A stretch of 64,000 nucleotides of DNA from NCBI RefSeq assembly GCF_035084215.1, contig NC_090336.1, positions 39,060,001-39,124,000 of the forward strand, in the 5' to 3' direction. Each line of letters begins with the position of its first letter. The first letter of the stretch is position 1. The stretch is from Heptranchias perlo. Lineage: Eukaryota. The notes under the pieces were generated by a model. It was given only the letters and a program-made list of their open reading frames with translations. It made no database searches and was not told the DNA's origin. The translations under genes were made by a program, and so were the position numbers. This document shows positions 53,911 through 64,000 of this stretch, one piece after another.

Positions 53911-54067
53911 CTATATAATTGCAGTAAAACATATTTACTCCTGTACTCACATCCTCTTGGAATAATGGCCAACATACCATTTGCCTTCCTAATTGCTTGC
54001 TGCACCTGCATGTTAGCTTTCAGTGACTCATGTACATGGACACCCAGGTCCCTTTGAACATCAACAT

Positions 54068-55543
54068 TTCCAGTACAGCTACAACACTGGCATTTACCTG
54101 ACAATGTGAAAAATTGCCCAGGTATGTCCTGTCACAAAAAGCAGGACAAATCCAATCCGGCCAATTAACGACCCATCAGTCTACTCTCAATCATCAGCAA
54201 AGTGATGGAAGGTGTCATCGACAGTGCTATCAAGCAGCACTTACTCACCAATAACCTGCTCACCGATGCTCAGTTTGGGTTCTGCCAGGACCACTCGGCT
54301 CCAGAACTCATTACAGCCTTGGTCCAAACATGGACAAAAGAGGTGAATTCCAGAGGTGAGGTGAGAGTGACTGCCCTTGAAATCAAGGCAGCATTTGACT
54401 GAGTGTGGCACCAAGGAGCCCTCATAAAATTGAAGTCAATGGGAATCAGGGGGAAAACTCTCCAGTGGCTGGAGTCATACCTAGCACAAAGGAAGATGGC
54501 AGTGGTTGTTGGAGGCCAATCATCTCAGCCCCAGGACATTGCTGCAGGAGTTCCTCAAGGCAGTGTCCAAGGCCCAACCATCTTCAGCTGCTTCATCAAT
54601 GACCTTCCCTCCATCATAAGGTCAGAAATGGGGATGCTCGCTGATGATTGCACAGTGTTCAGTTCGATTCGCAACCCCTCAAATAATGAAGCAGTCCGAG
54701 CCCGCATGCAGCAAGACCTGGACAACATCCAGGCTTGGGCTCAGAAGTGGCAAGTAACATTCGCACTAGACAAATGCCAGGCAATGACCATCTCCAACAA
54801 GAGAGATTCTAACCACCTCCCCTTGACATTCAACGGCATTACCATCGCCGAATCCCCCACCATCAACATTCTGGGGGTCACCATTGACCAGAAACTTAAC
54901 TGGACCAGCCACATAAATACTGTGGCTACAACAGCAGGTCAGAGGCCGGGTATTCTGCGGTGAGTTACTCACCTCCTGACTCCCCAAAGCCTTTCCACCA
55001 TCTACAAGGCACAAGTCAGGAGTGTGATGGAATTCTCTCCACTTGCCTGGATGAGGGCAGCTCCAACAACACTCGAGAAGCTCGACACCATCCAGGACAA
55101 AGCAGCCCTTTTGATTGGCACCCCATCCACCACCTTAAACATTCACTCTCTTCACCACCGGCGCACTGTGGCTGCAGTGTGTACCATCCACAGGACGCAC
55201 TGCAGCAACTCGCCAAGGCTTCTTTGACAGCACCTCCCAAACCCGCGACCTCTACCACCTAGAAGGACAAGATCAGCAGGCACATGGGAACAACACCACC
55301 TGCACGTTCCCCTCCAAATCACACACCATCCCGACTTGGAAATATATCACCGTTCCTTCATTGTCGCTGGGTCAAAATCCTGGAACTCCCTTCCTAACAG
55401 CACTGTGGGAGAACCTTCACCACACGGACTGCAGCGGTTCAAGAAGGCGGCTCACCACGACTTTCTCAAGGGCAATTAGGGATGGGCAATAAATGCTGGC
55501 CTCGCCAGCGACGCCCACATCCCATGAATGGATAATAAAAAAA
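54068..55543 (+). mobile_element. 5'-truncated copy of the LINE family at 7852-10452
   Basis: Near-identical RT translation (MWHQGAL.KLKSMGI...) and 3' UTR; it retains the segment deleted in the other copy and ends in an A-rich tail. Confidence 0.93.
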
Positions 55544-57141
55544 ATCTCTCACCATTTAAAATATACTCTGCATTTCTGTTTTTCCTACCAAAGTGGATGA
55601 CTTCACATTTTTCCACATTATATTCCATCTGCCACATTCTTGCCCATTTACTTAGCCTGTCTTTATCCCCTTGAAGCCTCTTAATATCCCCTTGAAGTGT
55701 AATAATTGACGGAACAAATGGGTATAATCTCGTGACGTGATTGCAAGGTGACCAAGGTTGGGAGCTAAATATTCAGGGTTATTTAACATTTCGGAAGGAT
55801 AGGAAAAAAGGTAAAGGTGGTGGGGTAGCTCTGTTAATAAAGGATGAAATTGGTAAAATAGTGAGAAATGATCTTGGCTCAGAAGATCAAGATGTCGAAT
55901 CAATTTGGGTGGAGGTAAGAAATAGCAATGGAAAGAAATCACTGGTGGGAGTAGTATATAGGCCCCCTAACAGTAGCTACACTGTAGGGCAAAATATAAA
56001 TCAGGAAATAAGGGAGGCTTGTAAAAAAGGTAATGCAATAATCATGGGCGATTTTAACTTTCACATAGATTGGACAAATCAAATTGGTAAAAATAGCCAT
56101 GAGGAGGAGTTCATAGAGTGTTTAGGGACTGTTTCTTAGACCAATACGTCGGAGAAACAACCAGGGAACAGGCCATTTTGGATCTGGTAATGGGTAACGA
56201 AACAGGATTAATTAATGATCTCAAAGTAAAGGATCCCTTGGGAAGCAGTAATCATAACATGATGAATTTCACATCCAGTTTGAGAGCGAGGATCTTGGGT
56301 CTGAAACTACTGTATTAAACTTAAATAAGGTCAATTATAAAGGAATGAGGGCGGAATTGGCTACGGTAGACTGAGTAAAAAGATTAGATGGTATGATGGT
56401 GGATAAGCAGTGGCAAACATTTAAAAAGATATTTTATGACTCGCAACAAAAATATATCCCTGTGAGGAGGAAAGACTCTACAAAAAGGATGAACCAACCA
56501 TGGCTAACTAAGGAAGTCAAGGATGGTATCAGGTTAAAAGAAAAAGCATACAACATGGAAAAGATTACTGGTAAGACCGAAGATTGGGAAAACTTTAAAA
56601 ACCAGCAAAGAATGACTGAAAGAATACTAAAGAGGGAGAAAATAAATTATGAGAGTAAACCAGCAAGAAATATAAAAACTGACAGTAAAAACTTCTACAA
56701 GTACATAAAAAGGAAGTGGGTAGCTAAAGTAAACATTGGTCCCTTAGAGGATGAGACTGGGGAAATAATAATGGAAAACAAGGAAATGGCAGATGAATTG
56801 AACAGATATTTTGTATCTGTCTTCACAGTAGAAGACACTAATAATATACCAATAATAGTAGAAAATCAAGGGGCAAAGGGGAGGGAGGAACTAAAAACAA
56901 TCACTATCACTAGAGAAAAAGTACTAGGTAAACTAATGGGCCTAAAGGCTGACAAGTCCTCTGGACCTGATGGCTTGCATCCGAGGGTCTTAAAGGAAGT
57001 GGCTACAGAGATAGTGGATGCATTGGTTGTAATCTTCCAGAATTCACTGGATTCTGGAAAGGTCCCAGCGGATTGGAAAACCGCAAACGTAACACCCCTA
57101 TTCAAGAAGAGAGTGAGACAGAAAGCAGGTAACTATAGACC

Positions 57142-57349
57142 ATTGTAAACAATTTTACAACACCAAGTTATAGTCCAGCAATTTTATTTTTAATTCACAA
57201 GCTTTCGGAGGCTACCTCCTTCTTCACCTGAGGAAGGAGGTAGCCTCCGAAAGCTTGTGAATTAAAAATAAAATTGCTGGACTATAACTTGGTGTTGTAA
57301 AATTGTTTACAATTGTCAACCCCAGTCCATCACCGGCATCTCCACATCA
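57142..57349. mobile_element. PLE-derived fold-back element (family A, copy 3)
   Basis: Perfect 81-bp arms 57142-57222 / 57233-57313, 10-nt spacer, same tail, TSD taactatagacca (57130-57142, 57350-57362), which duplicates the CR1 NYRP codons. Confidence 0.92.
57223..57261 (+). ncRNA. Minimal hammerhead ribozyme in fold-back copy 3
   Basis: ttcac-CTGAGGA-a-ggagg(tag)cctcc-GAAA-gctt-gtgaa; differs from 11329-11367 by one loop base. Confidence 0.8.
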
Positions 57350-57877
57350 TAACTATAGACCAGTTAGCCTAACATCTGTCATTGGGAAAATGCTAGAATC
57401 CATTATTAAGAAAGTGGTAGCAGGACATTTGGAGACTCATAACACAATCAAGGAGAGTCAACATGGTTTTATGAAGGGGAAATCATGTCTGACAAATTTA
57501 TTAGAGTTCTTTGAGGAAGTAACAGGCAGGGTGGATAAAGGGGAACCAATGGATGCAGTATATTTGGATTTCCGAAAGGCATTCGATAAGGTGCCACATA
57601 AAAGGTTACTGCACAAGATAAGAGCTCATGGTGTTGGGGGTAATATACTGGCATGGATAGAGGATTGGCTAACTAACAGAAAACAAAGAGTCGGGATAAA
57701 AGGGTCATTTTCAAAATGGCAATCTGTAACTAGTGGGGTGCCGCAGGGATCAGTGCTGGGACCTCAACTATTTACAATATATATCAATGACTTGGATGAA
57801 GGAACAGAGTGTCTTGTGGCCAAATTTGCTGCTGATACAAAGATAGATGGAAAAGCAAGTTGCGATGAGGATACAAA

Positions 57878-59893
57878 GGGCCCGATATTACCAGGGTGGC
57901 GGGGGGTAGATTGGGCGCGTGGGTAACGCGCCCAGTGAAATCGGGGTGCTCCGCACACAATCGCAGCTTGATTGAAGGTGCTTACCTTTTGCTTCCGGGT
58001 TTCGCGCTGGAAAGCTGCGCAGCGGGCGGAGTGCGCAGGCGCATCATAGGCTGTCAGCTGGAGGAGCCCTATTTAAAGGGGCAGTCCTCCACTGACTGAT
58101 GCTGCAGAAAATAGGCAAAATTACAGCATGGAGCACCCCAGGGGGAAGGTTGCTCCCAAGTTTAATGATGCCTCACTCCAGGTCTTATTGGATGGGGTGA
58201 GGAGGAGGGGGAGGACAGAGATCTTCCCCCTGGCAGGCGGGAGGAAGTGGCCTGCCTCTGCCACCAAGAAGGCCTGGCTCGAGGTGGCAGAGGAGGTCAC
58301 CTGCACCACCAACATATCGCCCACCTGAATACAGTGCAGGAGGCGGTTCAATGACCTAAGTAGGTCAGCCGAAGTGAGTATACTTACTCATTCCCCTACA
58401 CTCCGTCTGCGACATCACCGCCCCCATCCCACATCTACTTCTGCACTGCCAACACTACTCTATCACGTCACTCCTCACACCCACTCAAACCTCATCCTCA
58501 TCTTACCTGCACTTATTCACCTCGCCAGTACTCATCCCACCACTACCACTCAACCCAATCCTCATATAATCTCATGGCTCTATCTCATACTCACCCTCTC
58601 ATGCATCTCTTTCACGGTCACCCTCACTCAACCTGCCACTACCTGTGCTGCAGCCACAGGGCATGCATCACATATGTGCAGTAGGAAGTGTAAGGCAAAT
58701 GTGTCGTGAGCATGAAGGGGATGCACAAGAGTGTTTCAGGGTTTGTCATGGTTTTTACTTATATTTAATTTCTGATCAACTCACATTACATATTATATTG
58801 GCACCACTACTGCCACGTCTTTGCGAATCTTGTCTGGTTTGTGCAATAATGCCCTTTCCTGAGGATCACTATGAAGACCCACAACTGATGCCACCCATTG
58901 TGTCACTGCAGAGTGGGTGTAGGTGTATTTGCAGGGCTCTTTTGTGCAGACGGCGATGTCCCCGGTGGCACCCTGGAAGGATGCGGAGGAGAGGTTGTTG
59001 AGGGCAGTGGTGACTTTGACAGCGACAGGTAAGAAGATGGTGCTCGGGCCAGCCGGGAGCAGCTTGGCATGAAGGAGGCTGCAGATGTCCACAATTACAT
59101 GTCGAGTGACTCTGAGCCTCCGTGTGCACTGCTGCTCAGAGAGGTCCAGGAAGCTGAGCCTCGGTCTGTAGACCCTGTGCCGAGGGTAGTGGCTTCTGCG
59201 ACGCATCTCTCTCTGCCGTTGCCCTCCCTCCTGGTGTTCAGGTGGATGTGTCACAGCACTGTGTTGTGGAGCTCCACGTGTCAGAGGTGGACGGCGAGGC
59301 TGGTGATGCTGTTCGTCCTCCGAGGAGGTCATGACTGCAGCCATGGCGGCCCCCATCCGGAAGATGTACATCTGAGGGGGTCTGCAAGGTAGGTACATGT
59401 GTCTGGACACCGGGATAAGTGTGCAAGTTGGTGAATTTTATTGTTCGGAGGAGGGTGGTGGAGGCCAAACATTGTCCAAAGTGACAGAGTGGCCTCCTGC
59501 AATGAGTGAGGGTCTCCCCTCCCCCCTTCCCCCCCCCCCCCCCCCCCCGCCCTGCTCCCTCACCTGTCAAATGGACCTTTGCAGCTGCCACAGGCTGATG
59601 GCTGCAACATGTCCATTTCAACTGGGAGTGTTCCCCCCAGTACGGGAAACAGTCCCAGTTGACTTGAAAATCCCACCCCTCCTAAAATATCAGGTCTGTA
59701 AATGACCTTAAGTACGTAGTTTTAATTGCCGGCGGGAGTCCCACATGCTGGGGCTGCGTGTGCATGTAAGCGCGTCACTGAGGAACCCGGAAATGGGGCG
59801 GGTTGGAGCCGGGCTCCGGACCCGCCCCAGGAATCCCCGATTTTCGGAGCCCCCCGCCACAAAAACACCTGCTCAGGTGCGAAAATCGACCCC
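57878..59893. mobile_element. Internally deleted PIF/Harbinger transposon
   Basis: TIRs gggcccgatatt / aaaatcgacccc, TSD AAA, inside CR1 RT. Myb/SANT exon 1 on plus 58128-58373 (APKFNDASL...AWLEVAEEV...QCRRRFNDL|GTGAGT). Transposase N-terminus on minus ~59345-58950 (RVYRPRLSFLDLSEQQC, LPVAVKVTTALN). Confidence 0.88.
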
Positions 59894-61001
59894 AAAACGT
59901 CTGCAAAAGGATATGGACAGGTTAAGCGAATGGGCAAAAATTTGGCAGATGAAATATAATGTGGAAAAATGTGAAGTCATCCACTTTGGGAGCCATACAG
60001 AGGTATCTAGGTGTCCTCATACATGAAACACAAAAACTCAACATACAGGTGCAGCAGGTAATCCGGAAGGCAAATGGAATATTGGCCTTTATTTCTAGGG
60101 GGATGGAGTATAAAAGCAGGAAAGTCATGGTACAAATGTACAGGGTGCTGGTGAGACCACACCTGGAGTACTGCGTACAGTTCTCGTGCCCTTATTTAAG
60201 GAAGGACATACTTGAATTGGAGGCAGTTCAGAGAAGGTTCACCAGGTTGATTCCAGGTATGGAAGGATTGTCTTGTGAGGAAAGATTGAACAGGTTGGGT
60301 CTATACTCATTGGAGTTTAGAAGAATGAGAGGCGATCTTATTGAAACATACAAGATTCTGAGGGGACTCGATAGGGTAGATGCTGAGAGGATGTTACCCC
60401 TCATGGGGTAATCTAAAACTAGGGGGCGTCCATTTAAGACGGAAATGAGGAGGAATTTCTTCTCCCAGAGGGTCGTGAATCTTTGGAATTCTTTACCCCA
60501 AAAAGCTGTGCAGGCTGAGTCATTGAATACATTCAAGGCTGAGTTAGACAAATTTTTGATCAGCAAGGGAGTCAAAGGATATGGGGAAAGGGCGGGAAAG
60601 TGGAGTTGAGGTAAAAATCAGATCAGCCGTGATCTCATTAAGTGGCGGAGCAGGCTCGAGGGGCCGAATGGCCTACTCCTGCTCCTATCTCATGGTCTTT
60701 TTGCATCCTCCTCACAACTCACATTCCCACCTAGTTTTGTGTCATCAGCAAACTTGGAAATTTTACATTTAGCCCCCTCATCCAAATCATTGATATAGAT
60801 TGTGAATAGCTGGGGCCCAAGCATCGATCCCTGCGGTACCCCACTAGTCACAGTTTGCCAGCCTGAAAAAGAGGATAGTGAGTTAGTAATTGGAGAATGC
60901 TATGCCCTCAGGGGACTCTTGCACCACTGCCTGCTCCTCCTTGTCTGTCTGGCAGTCACCCATCCCTCTCTGCCTGCACTCTCATAAGCTGCGGGGTGAC
61001 C

Positions 61002-61350
61002 TACTTCCACCTCTGTAACATCCTAGATCAGCCCGAATGCCACTGAAATGCTTTTGTCACTTGCAGAGTCAACTTCTGCTCACCCAAAACTGTGCTGCCC
61101 ATATCCTATCCTGCACCAAGTCCCTCTCACCCATCACCCAAGTCCTTGTTGGCTTATATTAGCTACTGGTCCTCGAATGCTTCAAGTTTAAAAATCTCAT
61201 CCCTGTGTTTAAATCCCTCCGTGGCCTCAACCTTCCTGTCTCAGTAATATCCTCCAGCCCTAGCAATGCCAGTCACCCCTCATTCTATTCCTCTTACTCT
61301 GACCTCTTGTGCATCCCTCCTCCTTTCACTCCACCATTGGCAGCCTGTGC
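61002..61350 (+). mobile_element. L2 LINE remnant, 3' piece
   Basis: Begins 'tacttccacctctgtaacatc' (YFHL.NI), which continues the 52895-53095 piece, followed by L2-like C-terminal sequence. Confidence 0.65.
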
Positions 61351-62239
61351 CGTCAGCCACTTCAGGTAACTGTGTCAGGTGATAGCTTTATCGAAAGATG
61401 TTTGGTATCACTGATCTGGCAGCAATCGTTTACGACTTTATTTTGTAAACAAGAGCTTCTACAGTTAGTAATTATGTGTGAGCACCTTCTGTTACAATTA
61501 AATTGATTTTTAAAAAAGCTGATTTCCTAATTCATGGTTTCATCTCTCTTTCTGGGAAGTGTTTTGTACAAAGAACATAGATGATGTTAAGTGTTACTAT
61601 TCCAGAGGAGATAGGTGTAATGAGACCTCTCAAGTGTGTGTTCATAAAACAGAAGATGACCTTTTGTGAGTTCCAGGCATACATGATCAGAAGTGAGCAA
61701 GATCAATTGGATGGAGACCAAATTAAGTACATTTACATTGTGATATTCCATTAAATATAAAGTAATTATCACAGTTTTAATTTTGATGCTGAGCATTTTC
61801 AGAATATTAATGTGATATATCATCAGTAGTTTTTCTCAGTGAAACCATTTTCCCCAGGGGGTGAGTGGGAGCTGTGGGTTTGCACAGTGTAGCTAATGCA
61901 ATATACTTTTATTCTGTAGAGGCCATATGAAACCAACCAATGTGGATTTATGCTTTCTTAAAATTGTTTCACTTAATGTGGGTTAAAGTGTTGACAACAA
62001 TCAGATCAAGATCGAAGCAGTAATTTGCTTTGAACTTGAATGATTTGAAGTTTCTTTTACAGGATCTCCATTCTCCTTTTTGCTGCTCTTCTCATGCCAC
62101 ATCTCACTTGCAGCTACCCTGCTACTACTTCTCGACCAACATCTGTGTGTAACAGGCTCCCTTATAGATGGAGCACAAGGCTGGCTGGTGATGGCCAAAC
62201 CTTGTAATTTCTCTCTTTCCCCTTCTTCACCCCTCCCAG

Positions 62240-62365
62240 GGTGGGGGGTGGGGTGGGGGGTGGGTGGGAGGTTGGGGAGGGTGATGTGGGTGGGGGGAGG
62301 TTGGGGAGGGTGATGTGGGTGGGTGGGGGTGTGGGTGGGTGGGTGGGGGGTCGGGGAGGGTGATG
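62240..62365 (+). repeat. G-rich tandem repeat with G-quadruplex potential
   Basis: Repeated 'ggttggggagggtgatgtgggtgggg' with many GGG runs. Confidence 0.8.
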
Positions 62366-63299
62366 GCAACATGATTGCCACCCACCCACACAGCAAAACA
62401 ACTCAAGTTTGGAATTCAACAGGTAAGGAATGAGGAGGGGGTGGGGGAGGGAGGAGATCGCCGGGGTGAACCCATGACCTGCTAGTCCATGATGGAGCCT
62501 CAAAGATCAAGTCACTATCGTGCTGATTCATGGGATCAATTTGAACATAAAGCAGCTCTTTGTACTGCTCTAGAAGATGATATAAGTGCCTTTATGTGAC
62601 TCTGTTCACACTTCCATACATTCCAGTTAGGAATGCGAATGAAACAGAAATTGAAATATTTCAGAATTCCAATCAGACTGCAGTTATTTTTCCTTCTGTG
62701 CATAATTGCATATGCAAAGGAATTTGCATTCATCCAACTCTTCTCTTGCTATCTTGAAAAACATACTATATGTCAAAAATATGCAGTTGTACACATGTAA
62801 TCACGCAGATCACAGTTGCAGAAATACCTGTGAGCTGGAAAATCCTCATTCTTACAGAGCTAGACTTTGTTGGAACTTCAGGTGCTGATGTGTATTGGGA
62901 GCTGGCAGCAATGCTTTAGTTTAAGGGGGTGGGGGACGAGTTGATCTGAATGAAACTCAACTTCAGAACTTGGGCTAGTTGAGATATCCCTATTGCAATA
63001 CATTTGAGAGAATATAGAATAATAGGGCATTTCAGAGCTTCAAGTGTATTTACACTAATTACATTCCATCAAGTAGATGAATAATTAATAGGTCACCATT
63101 AGCAATGATTAGAATTGGGGGAATAGACTGCAATACTAGACCCTTAACAGAAAATGAGCCATCTTGTTAAATACTTAACACAAACCGATTTCCCTAGACA
63201 TGAACGTGGGCAAAGTTTTCAAACACAATGCAATTCCAGTTTATAGCTTAAAAGGTAACTTACTGTGTTTAACTTTCTGCTTTACAGAAATATGACCAT

Positions 63300-63504
63300 T
63301 TCCGTGGGTCCCCGGTGGCGCCCTGACCTCATGCACACCTGCTGTGACGTCATTCCTGCTGGCTTTGGTTGGAACTCCGAGTCAGGCATGCAAATGAGGC
63401 CTTGGAGTTAAAATCTCCCGAGTCTCTCACTCCAGGGGGCCAGTTGGTTCGCACCACTTTGACCTCCACACTCCTGATTCCTGTCCCGAGTTAAAATCGA
63501 CCCC
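63300..63504. mobile_element. Harbinger-type MITE end fragment
   Basis: Ends 'gagttaaaatcgacccc', similar to the TIR at 59893. Confidence 0.45.
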
Positions 63505-63789
63505 ATATTAATTTCATCTTTAATTAAAGATTCCAAAATTTTCCCTATCAAAAATAGATGTTAAACCAACTGGGCTGTAATTACCTGGGCGATTCTGCAA
63601 TTCTCCAGCACGCATCCACTCTCAATAGAACCCTGAAATATAATTTCGAGGGCCTCCACTATCTCTTTCCCCTTAGCATCCTTGGATGAATCCCATCATG
63701 ACCAGGCACTTAGTTTCACGTTATTTATTATAATATCTCTTACCCATTTTTAACCAGTTCAGCATTTACCTCATCTCCAATAAACGGTA

Positions 63790-64000
63790 AAAAGTTAAAA
63801 ACAGTGGATGTCCAAAGGGACTTAGGGGTTCAGGTACATAGATCATTGAAGTGTCATGAATAGGTGTAGAAAATAATCAATAAGGCTAATGGAATTCTGG
63901 CCTTTATATCTAGAGGACTAGAGTACAAGGGGGCAGAAGTTATGCTGCAGCTATACAAAACCCTGGTTAGACCGCACCTGGAGTACTGTGAGCAGTTCTG
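63790..64000 (+). mobile_element. CR1 RT C-terminal fragment running off the window
   Basis: VQRDLGVQVH...KANGILAFISRGLEYK...LYKTLVRPHLEYC. Confidence 0.9.

Larger units (their letters stand above)
55700..60698 (+). mobile_element. CR1/HER1 LINE ORF2, nearly complete, with nested fold-back element and Harbinger
   Basis: Endonuclease (VVYRPP, IMGDFN), RT (GPDGLHP, NYRP, QHGF, YLDF.KAFD, GVPQGSVLGP), C-terminus (LVRPHLEYC, RRMRGDLI) and 3' tail. Confidence 0.93.
53100..61001 (-). mobile_element. CR1/HER1 LINE (minus strand) broken by three nested insertions
   Basis: Pieces 53100-53699, 53911-54069, 55544-55682 and 60699-60872 join into colinear RT-to-3'-tail sequence; 60873-61001 is a probable further 5' piece. 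Confidence 0.8.

Overview
This is eukaryotic, AT-rich, repeat-dense DNA, probably intronic or intergenic. The repeat families (HER1/CR1 LINEs, SacSINE1/Deu-domain SINEs, PIF/Harbinger elements) suggest a cartilaginous fish such as a shark. No intact host gene is recognisable; there is one candidate spliced exon at 41046-41175. Nearly all longer ORFs are decayed transposon pieces: many CR1 fragments, two copies of a second APE-RT LINE family, L2 remnants, two Harbinger elements with convergent transposase and Myb/SANT genes, Harbinger-type MITEs, and a Penelope-like element (PLE) 3' end with a GIY-YIG endonuclease and a minimal hammerhead ribozyme. The most striking signal is three ~210-bp fold-back elements (near 30.0, 53.7 and 57.1 kb) built from the PLE terminal sequence. 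Each has 81-86 bp inverted arms that turn round at the hammerhead core, a shared non-palindromic tail, and a 13-bp target-site duplication. Two older, unrelated hairpin elements with decayed hammerhead cores lie at 16.1 and 52.2 kb. Also seen: a 225-bp templated insertion inside a CR1, two nested insertion clusters, an LF-SINE-like element and an unexplained diverged ~190-bp pair. Family names come from recalled motifs, not database searches.
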